From contig OX337229.1 of the NCBI GenBank assembly GCA_946965045.2, positions 248,001 through 312,000 on the forward strand: a stretch of 64,000 bases of DNA, given 5' to 3'. This stretch comes from Epithemia pelagica. Its lineage: Eukaryota > Protista > Bacillariophyta. The position numbers and the translations under genes are program-made. Below are positions 11,725 to 23,792 of the stretch, one piece after another. The stretch's first letter is position 1, and each line of letters opens with the position of its first letter. The notes beneath the pieces were generated by a model. It saw nothing but the letters and a program-made list of their open reading frames with translations, had not been told where the DNA came from and searched no databases.

Positions 11725-12165
11725 CGAACACATGGGCAAAAGAGAGTCCCAGCAGTCCTGCTCGTACTCGATATAATGATTTGGATGGGAACCAAAGATC
11801 CTATTGCTGTTCAAATAGTTGTTGTTGAAATAGTATACGGCACACGATGAGAGTCTCCTAGAGAAGTACGTGTGCCTCTTGCGGACATGAGAAACCGAGT
11901 CGTGTACCATGAATAGACTTAAACCGGCTCGTTTCGATCGTTCTATATATGGTATTTGTTGGATTCCAAAGGAACAGAATACTAGGAGTAGCTAGCATAG
12001 TATACATGTCTACTCTAGGGAGCTCAAGAGGGCCACAATGCAGTGCGGCAGCAGGCGTTGTGATGTGTGGTCCCCCCATGGATGATTGAGTGAAGAATGA
12101 TACTCGTCTATTGTGGTGTATGGACAACCAGACACATTATGCTGTATATACAGACTGTGAAAATC

Positions 12166-13215
12166 TCAACAGTAGACATAGGTATGATGTCCCTTGGCTC
12201 GTCTACTTGATCGTTGTCGTCGTTGTCCAGATCCTTGTGATGGCGGTGATGATCTTGGACCTGTGGCGGTGCTGTTGTTGGTGGTGTGATTCTGGGTATG
12301 AATGGTAGATCCATAGCCTCGTCGTCGTTGCCACACGAGAAATGGCCTGGAAGAAGAAGAAGAAGAAGAGGGCCCACCAAATGAGTTCCAAGACGAGGAA
12401 GTAGATGCCGTAGCAGTGGTGGTGACAGTCGCTACGGATCCATTGCCAGACGAAGAAGCGGTTTCGACGGCCGATGGACGTGTCCTCGATCGGGGAATGA
12501 CACGATTGTCTTGTTGTCGTGGTTGTTGTTGCTGTTGATGATGATGTTGATGTACGGTCGAAATATTGGGGTGGCCATGACTGGAAAGACAAGAGGATGG
12601 ACTGGAGCCATGAGGGCGAAGCCACGGGTCACCCATGCGACTGGGGCTTGAGTGTTTGGTGGTTGTCGAGGCGGCAGCGGTGGCAGCCGCAACCGAGGGT
12701 GTTTTGGATGTGACCCAGGTACGACACCAATGAGAAGAACCAGCATTCGGTCGACTTGCACAGGAATGCCCCGCAATGGTCCTGTTGTGCCTACGAGACG
12801 ACCCTTGTGAAGGACAAGAAAAAGATGGACCGCCAGGGCACTGTCGTGGGGAACCATGGCAGCGTCCCATTCGTCGTCGTCCTTGTTGTGGGTGTTGTTG
12901 TGCTGGCAGATATGATGAACTCTGATGTGGAGCGGTTGGACTGGGTGATGATGTTGTGGTGGTTGTGGTCGTCATGGTCGTTTCCAAGGTGGATTCCGTG
13001 CTGGTGATTGTGGAATGATCATCCTCATCTTCTTCTTCTTGTGGATCGCTTCCGCTTTCTTCGTCTTCTTCATCTTCTTCTTCCGGTACACTCGGGGGAA
13101 GAATGGAAAATGGTGGGAGAACGACAATCTCCGGTTCTTGTGCTTCTGGTGAGTCGTCCACAGCAGGAGCCACGTAAATCTCGGGTTCCCCCAAAGAGGC
13201 CTTTGGGGTTGCTTC

Positions 13216-13257
<42 letters not shown>

Positions 13258-13539
13258 TCCAGCAGTGCGAGGAGTCGTCGTCGTTGTTGTTTCTCGTTTC
13301 AAATGGACTCGAGCCGGAATCACCGCCACTGTTGTTTCCCAGGTACCATTCGCGTCGGATTGACCATGACGACGACGACGATGATGGTCCTGATCCGCAT
13401 GAGACACTGTTGTGGGTGTCGTCGAATCCAAAGAAGAGTTGCGCGTCGTCGTCATGAGGAGTGTTGGTGGTTGCCGTTTGTCTTGGACTATAGTCTGGTT
13501 GTTCTGGTGTTTTGTGGTAGAGTTTGGTTTTGTTTTCAA
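12166..13539 (-). CDS. Low-complexity hypothetical protein, copy B, with poly-Gln expansion
   Basis: 457-aa paralogue of 4694..6109; (CAA)13 tract at 13216-13256 versus a short Gln run in copy A. Confidence 0.4.
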
Positions 13540-14462
13540 TGTTGTTTGTGGTTCTCTTCGTTTGTTTTTTTATGCGTTCACCCATCGAGGAGACGTCATG
13601 ATGATGGCTTGCTTGCTGTTTTGCTCAAAAGTACGAACCAGAAATCGAATGGTGACCCCCCAGAAAAACAATGACACGAACTAAAGAATTACAGTGCTTG
13701 TTCCGAACGAGCCGGATGTGCGGCTCGACGAGAACAAGAAGGATGATCCAATCCGTATTATTCGCGTCAGAGTTTCATGCTTGCAAACACGAATCATGAT
13801 TCGGTTCTCCACATGGCACGAAGCAGCAGCAGCAGCAAATGTCCTGGATTCACTCTCGTTTCTTCATCTCGACGCTTTTCAGTCCACAACATGCAACTTC
13901 CTATGGCATTTCTGGTCCTCTTCCTCCTCTTGTTTTGCTCATGGTCCTCGATCCAAAAGGCCACCGACACAAGAGAATGAGCTCACAAAAGCTGCGCAGC
14001 GAACGCCAGAAGAACATTCCATTCGGAAGGGGAGGGCAATTCCAAAAGTTCCAAGAACGATGCGAACCCCATTATTTTTCCAGTCACGAATGAGATGATC
14101 CATTTCCGGGTTTCTCTAGCTGCTTTATGGGGCCCATGGCGACATACAAGTCGATAGTCTATATACTCTCTTCGACCATACGCTATCCTTTTGTGGGAGA
14201 GAAACAATCCAATATCCAATCGTTTCAATGCGCTCGTAAAAACAAACAAGGCTCTCTATGAGACCTTCGCAGTGATCATATCATGGCGGCTAGAATCTTT
14301 GTGTCACATGCACTATACGAAGCATACTTTGCAGAACTATCAGTTCTATCTTGTTGAGGCGATTGCTAGCCGTTCGAAAAGTGACCCAACTTTGGTCCGA
14401 CCTATCATTTTGTATTGACCTATAGACTCTTCCCTGGTTAATTCCTCTACCTAGAACCTTTT

Positions 14463-17400
14463 TTATTTGTCAACGACACATTCACCATCATCATTCTCCT
14501 CCTCCTCCTCTTCTTCTGCTTCGGAAAGCTCGTCTCCCATGGAGGTCCAACACAGCAGTTGGTGTGTCAAGTCATGCCATTCTTTTTGCGTAGCCACATC
14601 GAGGGCCGAAAGTTCCGTCACGGGATCGATGCGATTCGGGTCCGCGCCCTGTCGCAACAAGAGATTCATGAGAGTGGGTCGTTGTCGCCAAGTGGCTTCA
14701 TGGAGGGGACTCCAGCAGCAGCGGCTGTCCGATGATTCCACCAACCGGTCCAACTCTTCTTCTTCTTCTTCTTCTTCTGCCAGGTCGGCCATGCCTCCAT
14801 GAACGTCGGCACCGTACTCCAACAACAATTGGGCCGTATCACAATTGTCGCGGGCAATCGCCTCGTGCAAGACGGACCACCCCTTGTGGTCCGTCGCATT
14901 GGGATTGGCACCCTTGTCCATCAAGTACTCCATGAGCCAATAGCGATCGTGCCCACAGGCTTGATGCAAGGCCGATTGACCCTGTCCGTCTCGGGTATTC
15001 ACGTCGGCTCCATGGGCTTCCACCAAGTACGGGATCATGGCCACGGGAGCGGCGTGACAGGCCAAAAACAAGGGCGTGCAACCAGCCTGTCTTGTTTTGG
15101 CATGGACATTGGCACCTCGGGTGAGCAAGTCACTGACCAATTCCAACCGACCCGTCAGGACCGCGATATGCAAGGGTGCCCAACCATGGTCGCCATCGTT
15201 ATCGGACACGTTGGGATCGGCTCCATGGTTCAAAAACTGTCGCACCAAGAACGAGTTTTGACAGTGACTGGCCAAATGCAAGACGGATTTGCCGGTTCCA
15301 TCCACCTGATGGACATTGGCGCCCCGTTCCAATAGCAGCAAGATAATGGCAGTGGCATTGTTCCAGGTTGCCGTGTGCAATGGCGTGATTCCATGAGCAT
15401 CGGGTTGATTGACATGAGCGCCGTGCTCCAAGAGTAAGGCAATGGTCGAAACCACGGCCTTGTCCTGTACTGGATCACCCGTGCAGCGCACTGCTACTGC
15501 TTCATGGAGAGGTGTCAAGCCATGGGGACGATAGGGCTGATTGATGAGACGGGAGAGGGCGACGGAATCAGTTTCATTCTTGTGACAGGTACTCGGATCG
15601 GAATGTGTGGTTTGCGCAGTCTTGTCGTCCTTTGGAGGAGACTCCGCTTTTCCATCCTTCCTAGAAGAAGCAGTGCTCTTGGCAGCATTTGTAATCAAGT
15701 AATGAATCATGCGCCAAGCCACATTTCCATGGATGGAACGTGAGGAAAGAGAGGAAACGGCAACATGAAGACACGTTCGTCCATCCTTGTTGGACACGGT
15801 CCAATCCGCTCCCTGGTCAACCAGATAGTGAACAATATCCATGTGCCCCCGTGCCAATGCTTCGTGCAAGGCGGTGTTGCCCGTCAAGGGATCCGAACCG
15901 TTTAGGTTGGCTTGGCCCTCCTCAACCAAACATTGGACCACGGATAAATCGCCCGCAGAGCCGGCGGCTTGTAACAAGGGAGGTTTCATGGAACAAGTTG
16001 CTGAAGACACGTCATTGTATTCCTGTCTCACGTCGTTACTTTTCTTTTCCCGTGCACGAGAGGTGTCTTGCTCCTCTTCCTCGTCATTGGTTCCTCGAGC
16101 ATCATTGTTGTTGGTGTTGTTGTCGTCGTCCTCGTCGTTGTGGATCACATGATTGGGATCCGCTCCAAGTTGGAGTAATCGTGACACTCTGCGGTGGCGT
16201 CCTCGCCGTTGTGTAGCTCCGTGCAAGGCCAAAGCGAGTGCGTCCGCCCGTTGTTGGAGTGTCGATGGAATTGGTTCCACAACGAAGGAAGAAGGAGTTT
16301 TCCGGGAGGATGACTGGTTTCCAGATTCAGAATCCTCCTCACCGGGGGACAAAAAGATTCGGAGGAGCAACCATTCCACTGCATCATCGTTGGGAGCATC
16401 TCGTGCCGCTAGAAACAAGGGCATATTCCACACCACACTCATATTGGGTGGAGGAGGAGGTGGATCGAGTCGCACACCAGCGGACGAAAGGGTAGCATAA
16501 GAAGCATCTGGTGCAAACGAATAGTTGCTGGCTATTGCTGTTGAATCACGCTGGCTCGCATCGCTATCTTGATGATCGTTTCTTGGAGAGAATACTTGGT
16601 GGATGGGTTCCGATTCCCCCGAGTCGTTTTGTGTGGATGAACTCTGTTGGACAGAGTTCAAGGTGGCCTGTACAAGACGTTTCATACAATCCACATGTCC
16701 TCCCGCACACGCCAAATCCAAAGCGGTCCATCCAAAAAAGGTCATGGCATGGAGACATGCTCCATGTTCTAGCAATAGATCCACAAGTTGCCCATGGCCT
16801 TGCTCGGCAGCCAATTGCAATGGTGTGCGGTCGTACACGCTCTTGGCATTGACCAGACAATACATTAGAGAAGGACCGGAGGGAGATGGGTCATGCTTCT
16901 TCTTCCCTTCCACCACTGGTACCCACGAGGAGTCGGACGATGAGGATAACCAGACCATGGATGATGAATCGTTTGCTCTTGTTGACGGCGTTGCTTGGAA
17001 TGTGGGCGAACTCCGTGTGGGCGTTGTACTACTTTCAGCTGTCGTCACGGTAGCCGAAGAATCAAACGACAAGGTCCCTGTCGTCATTATGGTATCACTG
17101 GTGGTGTCGACGGTCTTTTCCATATCCATAGCATCCTCATGGATATCCTTGCCATCTTTCCAAGATTCTCTGTCTGTATCGTACCTGTTGTTCGACTCTT
17201 TGAAATGACTTGCTCGTTTCCAGATTCGTTGAGGGGTTTCCATAGATGCACTATGATTGTCCGTCTCTACCGTCGATTGACTGTGGTCACTCGGAGACGG
17301 TGGCGGCAGCACAATCTTATTAGTCTCCATGGATGCATTGGTGGTTGTGGGTGTTGTGGATCGTGAATCCGAATCTCGCACAGCTGGATCGTTTCTAAAG

Positions 17401-18449
17401 AGCCGTCTTCGGGACGAAACAGACTGCGGGTGGACTGGTTCTTGCTGTTGTACGATTGTGTTGAACAGCATCTGGGCAATTTCCAAGTGTCCATGATAAG
17501 CGGCCATGTGCAAGGCCGTCACAGTCGACCCCGAAGTCATGGAAGCGCCAGAAAGAGAAGGTTCTTCTTGTGGCCTTGACCGGCTGCGGCCCGTGTCTCG
17601 TAAGACGCCGGTGTGTACCATTTTCTTGACACACCAAAGATTGGCGCCATGTTGCAACAATTCTTGTACAATGGACAAATGCCCTCCTTCGACGGCTTCT
17701 CCAAGAGGGGACAGCACAATCATTCGGTCTTGGTGGTTGTGATGATGGTTTACCATCTCCTCCGAGCTCCTCCCACCACCACCAGCATCATGTTTGTCAT
17801 TTACATTGGCTCCCACTTGATCCACCAAGAAACGTACCAGATCCAAATGACCATACCGACAAGCCAAATGCAACGCGGTTTGTCCGTTGCTATTCCGTAC
17901 CGAATGAACCAAGTGTTGCTTTCGAGTCGTCATCAAGGACGTTGGATCCGTCTCATTTGTCGAAGTAGCTGTGTCGGTTCGAGACTGACAGTAAGGGCAG
18001 GGTGATACAACGCCTTCTCCATGGCGAGACAAAGAAGAAGGACGGATTGGACCAGCAGTGGGTGGTGTGCATGGAACCACATGAGACGGATGGCTTGCCT
18101 TCGCATGATTTGTAGAATCAGCGGATGATATTACAGATGGCCGTAATCTATTGGATAATGGCGTCGATATCAGCCGCATGGATTCTTGGTGCAACCACTC
18201 TTGCACTATGGTCACAGTTCCTCGCTGTGCGGCCTCGAAAAAGACTTGGGTGCGGTCGGCAGAAATGTTGGGGGAAGCCATTGTTCCGGATGATACCGAT
18301 GGACTCAACTGTGACGATGCAATGGATAATGACTGCCCTTCCTCGCTCGGTGGACCAAGCGTATTGGTAGTAATACTGTCGTTATCTGACATGGTGTTGT
18401 TTGGTTGCAACGATCGCCAGTTTTGTCTCTCGCTGAATGCGATTACCAA
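14463..18449 (-). CDS. Large multi-ankyrin-repeat protein (~1310-1328 aa, intronless; likely start MSDNDS at ~18392)
   Basis: Many ANK consensus units: GQTALHLACRYGHLDLVRFLV, RTPLQLAAEQGHGQLVDLLLEHGA, GNTALHEALARGHMDIVHYLVDQGAD, GWAPLHIAVLTGRLELVSDLLTRGANV, separated by Ser/Thr-rich linkers. Confidence 0.95.
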   Translation of the reverse strand: MVIAFSERQNWRSLQPNNTMSDNDSITTNTLGPPSEEGQSLSIASSQLSPSVSSGTMASPNISADRTQVFFEAAQRGTVTIVQEWLHQESMRLISTPLSNRLRPSVISSADSTNHAKASHPSHVVPCTPPTAGPIRPSSLSRHGEGVVSPCPYCQSRTDTATSTNETDPTSLMTTRKQHLVHSVRNSNGQTALHLACRYGHLDLVRFLVDQVGANVNDKHDAGGGGRSSEEMVNHHHNHQDRMIVLSPLGEAVEGGHLSIVQELLQHGANLWCVKKMVHTGVLRDTGRSRSRPQEEPSLSGASMTSGSTVTALHMAAYHGHLEIAQMLFNTIVQQQEPVHPQSVSSRRRLFRNDPAVRDSDSRSTTPTTTNASMETNKIVLPPPSPSDHSQSTVETDNHSASMETPQRIWKRASHFKESNNRYDTDRESWKDGKDIHEDAMDMEKTVDTTSDTIMTTGTLSFDSSATVTTAESSTTPTRSSPTFQATPSTRANDSSSMVWLSSSSDSSWVPVVEGKKKHDPSPSGPSLMYCLVNAKSVYDRTPLQLAAEQGHGQLVDLLLEHGACLHAMTFFGWTALDLACAGGHVDCMKRLVQATLNSVQQSSSTQNDSGESEPIHQVFSPRNDHQDSDASQRDSTAIASNYSFAPDASYATLSSAGVRLDPPPPPPNMSVVWNMPLFLAARDAPNDDAVEWLLLRIFLSPGEEDSESGNQSSSRKTPSSFVVEPIPSTLQQRADALALALHGATQRRGRHRRVSRLLQLGADPNHVIHNDEDDDNNTNNNDARGTNDEEEEQDTSRAREKKSNDVRQEYNDVSSATCSMKPPLLQAAGSAGDLSVVQCLVEEGQANLNGSDPLTGNTALHEALARGHMDIVHYLVDQGADWTVSNKDGRTCLHVAVSSLSSRSIHGNVAWRMIHYLITNAAKSTASSRKDGKAESPPKDDKTAQTTHSDPSTCHKNETDSVALSRLINQPYRPHGLTPLHEAVAVRCTGDPVQDKAVVSTIALLLEHGAHVNQPDAHGITPLHTATWNNATAIILLLLERGANVHQVDGTGKSVLHLASHCQNSFLVRQFLNHGADPNVSDNDGDHGWAPLHIAVLTGRLELVSDLLTRGANVHAKTRQAGCTPLFLACHAAPVAMIPYLVEAHGADVNTRDGQGQSALHQACGHDRYWLMEYLMDKGANPNATDHKGWSVLHEAIARDNCDTAQLLLEYGADVHGGMADLAEEEEEEEELDRLVESSDSRCCWSPLHEATWRQRPTLMNLLLRQGADPNRIDPVTELSALDVATQKEWHDLTHQLLCWTSMGDELSEAEEEEEEENDDGECVVDK

Positions 18450-19235
18450 AACCGAGAGATCAAAAGGTAATGTACTTCCACGTTGTAATCGTATCTAGAA
18501 TCAGCAGAGTGGGGCGTTGTCAACAAATGTGTACAATCACGGACTCTGAAGGAAACAAAAGGTTACTTAGAAGGCAGTCGGATTGTGCTGCGGATCTGAT
18601 TGTGACACAACGATACAACAGTTGCTCTATCAAAACCTACAACCGATGATGAGTAAACACTCTCACCTTCACAACTTGAGAGGCGAATAGCAGCAAACGG
18701 GGGCCTCTCTGATATGCGGTCACTGATCCCACGCATTTCATTCTTTTCGACGACTCTAGAGGAACGACCAAGGGCCACACTCATAGGAGCGTACAGACCC
18801 ACTGGGTTGATGTCAAGTCTTGTTTCCGTAGGCATGGCGTTTGTGGGAGTGGCCTGGCTGAGGGAGTCTGACATTTGGAAAAAGCATAAAGTGCTTCTCG
18901 CTTGGTTCTTTCTTGGAGGGAGAACGAGATGCCAATTGCCAATCTGCAGCACACAAACAACACTGCCAACTGGAGGTCCAAAATCCGGGATTCGAAAAGA
19001 GGCGAGAACAACGATCCACTCCGTCTATCATGCCCGCCCGGCGCCGGTCTTGATTCGTGCCTATGTATCCTTCTTCAATGTCACACCCATGTCTGACAGC
19101 CTTTGGGTCGCATTTGGATCGCTTCTTCAACAAAAGGGGCCATATACATACCATCCTATTGGGCAATACCAGCTTGGTCATGTTTTTGGAACATCACCAT
19201 GTGCAGTGCCCCTTCTGATCAGTGTGACCGGAGTC

Positions 19236-19690
19236 TAATTATACCCCCACTTTTAGACCCGGTCTAAAAGGGTATAAGTATTTTAGACAGAGGTCGAGTC
19301 TATAATAAAGTTTCTAGACTCTTAACCTTAACCCTTCAGTAGCGCCGCAACCACTGCGTGAGTAGCCTCATTCATCTCAATGCCATCGCATTGAACAAAG
19401 TAAGGTCTCAGCTATCCTCTCTCGCTTAGAGAGTGCAAGAACAATGTTATCCATAGGAGTACCATCCAATAAAACTTAGATGATGAAGCTATAAGGTCCT
19501 CTGGATGTGTTGTCATAGACAATGCTCGCTCCTAGTAGCTGGCTGTCTAGGGCTAGGGTTATTGCTTCGCCGTACAAAACCACGGAGAGTTTTTAGACCC
19601 TGTTTTAGACATTTTATACAGTCTAGTAGAAGTACTTCTAGATTTATTTTAGACCCGAAATATTCTAGACTGTCTAAGCGGTCACCCTGT
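19236..19690. mobile_element. Putative non-autonomous element or degenerate MITE rich in palindromes and TTTTAGAC motifs
   Basis: AT-rich island. TTTTAGAC at 19251, 19281, 19591, 19603, 19647; hairpin cttttagacc-c-ggtctaaaag (19250-19270); inverted taaccttaaccct (19323-19335) / agggctagggtta (19549-19561); palindrome tagaagtacttcta (19627-19640). No clean TIR or TSD found. Confidence 0.35.
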
Positions 19691-20329
19691 TCTGATTGGA
19701 CTGTTCGGTCATTCGAAGTCAGCAAGAATGGCAGGGGCTATACTCATTTGGTCTTGATACTCCACATCGCGCCGGATAGTGCCCATTTCGGTGCGACTCC
19801 CCCACGCACGCACGTCGAGGTGCGCTGTCGTGTTGGACCAAAGAACCGATCACAACTAATTGGCCAAAATTGTCAGTGTGGAACGAAAATGATGGGCGTA
19901 TGCGCCAGGGTTGACGGCCAATCTCCAAAAGCGACGCATCCACTGCAACAGTTCGTCTCCTTGCCACAACCAGCCAATATGGAAAGGGGTTTCTTACAAA
20001 CGGCATTGCAACAAAAAGGCTCTCGTCAAGCAACGAATGGAAAAGGCAAAAGGGCAACGACGCCATGATCTACGAAACCTGTCCGTATTGTCGGTATGCC
20101 TAGTTTCCCTTTCAAAAGAAACGCATGGAACAAACATGGTCCTCATTCGTCTTTTATGATTATTCTTTTGAAAATTCATGTAGACTGAATCGTTATATTA
20201 TTATATTCCATTTCTGAAAATTTTGTGGGACACTCAGGGTCCTCCACGTGAATCGCTTGTCAACCAACAGAGTTGGTGAGCAAGCCATGATTACGGACCT
20301 GCCGCCAAATCGCAATTCGCGTGGTTCTC

Positions 20330-22083
20330 TTATCGTGCCTCGAGGGAAATCTTGAATTCGGGAGCCGTCTTCATGGTAACACCACCCAAGATAAAGGTAA
20401 ACTTGGTGTCGCGCTGCGATGGAGCGCATTTGATGCGAAATGTTCGGAGAATGGAGGCTAGAATGAGTTTGCCCTCCATGTTGGCAAATTGCTGTCCAAT
20501 GCCTATCATTCGGGAAGAAAAGAGAGGTCAAAAGTGAGGGCTACATCCAGAATCAAGTCTTGGAGACTCTGCAACACACAAACTCTCTACACAAACAACA
20601 ACTTACAGCTTCGTCCTCCTGCCGAGTAGGCCAAAAAGGCAAACTGCCGTCTTTCCGATTCTTCCTTGGTGACATTGAGCCACCGTTCGGGCAAAAAGGT
20701 TTCTGGATCATCCCAATATTTTGGATGCCGATGCAGAATGTGAGGTGGCAAAATGAGACGAGTTCCAGCCGGTATTGTTACACCCTTGAAAGTTTCCGTT
20801 TGGGTGTTGATGCGAACATAGAATCCAACGGGCGGATACATGCGCAAGACTTCTTGTAAAAAGGCACCCATGTAGTCCATTTGTTCGATTTGATCCAAGG
20901 TTATTCGGTCATCCTCGCCAGACGAAGCGGAAGGAGGAGCAACCCTGAGAATGTCGGCATGGACACGTTCTTGCACTTCGGGAAACATGACCAAGGCATA
21001 TAGTGCCCAATGCAACCATGTGGATGTAGTCTCATGGCCGGCAATCATGAATGTTTTTACTTCATCTCGAATGTCCTTGGCGTTGAGGATATCATCGTGG
21101 CGTCTTCTTGGATTGGTACTGCTGGCACTTTTACCCAGTTGAGCCTCCATTTCCCCGTCGGATGGATCTTCGGGTCCTGAGGTAGCTTGGAGCATGAGGT
21201 GCAATACGGACGATGCCTTGAGAGTCTCTTTCCGAGCCTTGGCCACAATCTTTTCCACTTCAATGTCCAGAAACTTTTGGGTCCGACGTACTTCACGATT
21301 GATATACCAGTTGAGCTTCTCCAAGCCCAACAACAGGCAGACAATGGTCAAGAGATTGATCTTCATGGACTTGGTAAAGTAGTTTAGGAGTTCATCGCCA
21401 ACTTCGGACAGTTCCAACGGTTCACTGTGTTCCTTGTCAGTGTGATCTTGGTTGGCCCACGACTCCAAGGCATTCAACGCATTAAAGTTGTGCGAAAAGG
21501 CCACATCCCCGATAATGTCCAATGTGAGGGCAGACATGTGCGAAGCAACATCAATCTCAAAGCCCTTGTGGGCGGCAGTCATCCAGCACTTGAGGAAACG
21601 ATCGATGCGCCAAGGAATGGCGCCCGTCAAGGTCGCCCTGAGAAAGCGAGTCTTGAAGGCGGGCTGGAGAATCCGCCTGTGTTTGGCCCAGTGAGTTCCA
21701 CTGGCGGTAAGCAAACCATCGCCCACAATGTCACGGAGGAACAAGATAAGCTTTTCAAAACGAGGGTTTTCTTTATTGGCTGGGGCGGTCAATATCGTCT
21801 TGACAATGTCCTTGTCCAGGACCAAGACTGCTTGCCTCCAACATATCATATTGTAATGTATCATGGACTCATTGACACCCGCCTCTTTCCACCATCGTTT
21901 GAAAGGTTCCATGTATGGCTCGCTCCGCAAGGACATAAAGTTGCTGAAAGGGTACATTCGCTCTTTGGGACCAGGCAAGTTTCGTAGCGGTGAACAGAAC
22001 CAGGATAGCCACCGATAGAAAAGCGTCAAAGCCATGACGGCTGATACAAAGATGTAGGCGAACCAAAGACTTTCAAGTATCAT
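20330..22083 (-). CDS. Cytochrome P450 (2 exons; intron 20503-20606)
   Basis: N-terminal membrane anchor; I-helix AGHETTS; EVLR (ExxR); FLPERW; heme motif AYSAGGRS-C-IG completed across a GTAAGT...AG intron that splits the Cys codon (T|GC). Exon 2 ends ...FKISLEAR-TAA. Confidence 0.95.
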
Positions 22084-23792
22084 GTTGTTGTGTGCTTCCG
22101 TGTCGGTTCGTTTGATGTTTACAAGAAGAAATGTTGGGGAGAATCGAATTGTGACATGGCGTTGGCTCTTGGTAGTTCACTTAATGTTGTTTTTCGTTGT
22201 CTTGTTTTCATCAATTTGCTTGAGCGGATCAAAAGTAGCCTTTTGAATCAACGAGAGGAGGATGTCAGTGTTAGATGGTTCTGAATGGAATCCATCGATC
22301 GGCAAGAGTTGGTGTCATGTTGATGTCGATTGGTTCCTAGTTGGGCATGTGGCAGATGGCAGCACACGACACGAAATGCTATTGATGAGCGTGCACTAGT
22401 TACGAATTGCGCCCATCTGATGGAATGTTACAGCCTTGGTGAAAGGCTGTTGAAGGACTTTATCAGGCCTATCAAGGAATTTTATCTTTCGCTCTCATTT
22501 TTCGGCATGGGACTTAAGAGTTCAACACCTCACGGTTTACGGCTTAGGCAGCATTCTAATAATTGATGGGGGATACACAATCTTGGAAGTTGGAGCGTAC
22601 CTCTAGTAGTTTTAGCATACAGTTCGAAGGGGCTCATTATTTCTGGTTTCGCATAAGGCGAACAAACCAAAAACAACACTAGGACACCTACCTTGTCAGT
22701 CCCAAATTATAAATCGTTCATCTTGTGCTTCTAGACCTCTTTTTTGTTCTAAACCTTTCCTCCACCAAGACACCTTTACCTACACCGTACATAAATCCCG
22801 CAGCCGCCGGCATCTGTGCTTTTCACCCATGCATCAAGCGACTGGAAGCTATGCTACTAGGAGCAGTTCTGATCCAACAAGGAGCCTCTAGCCACAAAAA
22901 ATCTGGTGAGAGCTCTGGATCTCTTCCATAGCTCTGATCCCACCATAAAACCCTCCGGTGAACAACATACCCAAGGACCTTCATTACAAGTAGACCAATT
23001 CCAAGGTGAGTGCTTCAGGTTTAGGTTCGCCCTTCGCCCCATTCCCACTCTAGACGTAGGAGTAGGTTGGCACCATCATCTTGAGGAAACTATGAGGGTT
23101 ACCTCCACCCCTACCATCCACTTGACCTCGGCATTCTTGATATTCGTTTTTTTTACAGGGCAATAAAAAGGCAATAGTATAATTTCCAGATGGAATCGGA
23201 GTATTCTATGGCGTGAAACCCCCCAACCAGTTCGTAGTATTTCTCTAGGTTCCGGAAGCAAGACGTAGCTATCCGTTGTTTTTTGGCAGTCATCGGACCT
23301 GTTAACTGTATAGTGTAATAACTACTCCATGAGATCTACCTGTCGATTTTACCGGCTAGATTCTTGGAACTCATTTCTTCCATCATGATGAGATGATGAT
23401 ATAGAAACCAGAACGCGAGTTGGGTACATTGCCAATGCTGCAAGTCGAGAAGCTAAAACGGGCCATCCAGACAACAATCAGCAGCACTGTTCATGCCTTG
23501 GATGGGAACTGCAGCGAATCCACACGGGATTTCTTTGGGAGCCAGAGACCCGAGCTTTAGTGTTGTTTTTTGTCGTCCAATCCAAGAAGAAGAAAAACTT
23601 CGACACACCTTTCCACGTGAATCCCACGTAGTTTCGGCGCAGTCGGTATTGTGAATAGTATTCTTATGGAGCGAGAATTCGATTCCGCCCTCTCCCGTCA
23701 CACGTCCAAGTTCGAGTTACCAGCTTCTCACCAGAACCGTACAAAACGACCGTAGACACCAGAGACAGATGCTGTCCGATGTAGATGCACAC

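Larger units (their letters stand above)
7312..13437. repeat. Segmental direct duplication, copy B
   Basis: 7312 onward reproduces position 1 onward (ccagaaaaagcaaaaaaatcc...). Same gene order as copy A, with an extra 201 bp at 11952-12152. Confidence 0.97.

Noticed and set aside
14467-18498. Numerous plus-strand ORFs of 60-200 aa
   Set aside because: Antisense to the ankyrin gene.
19323-19561. Telomere
   Set aside because: Only two degenerate units in each orientation, internal to the contig; kept only as part of the 19.2-19.7 kb element.
18563-20300. ORFs of 110-190 aa flanking the palindromic island
   Set aside because: No recognisable domains; overlapping ORFs in several frames with no clear winner.
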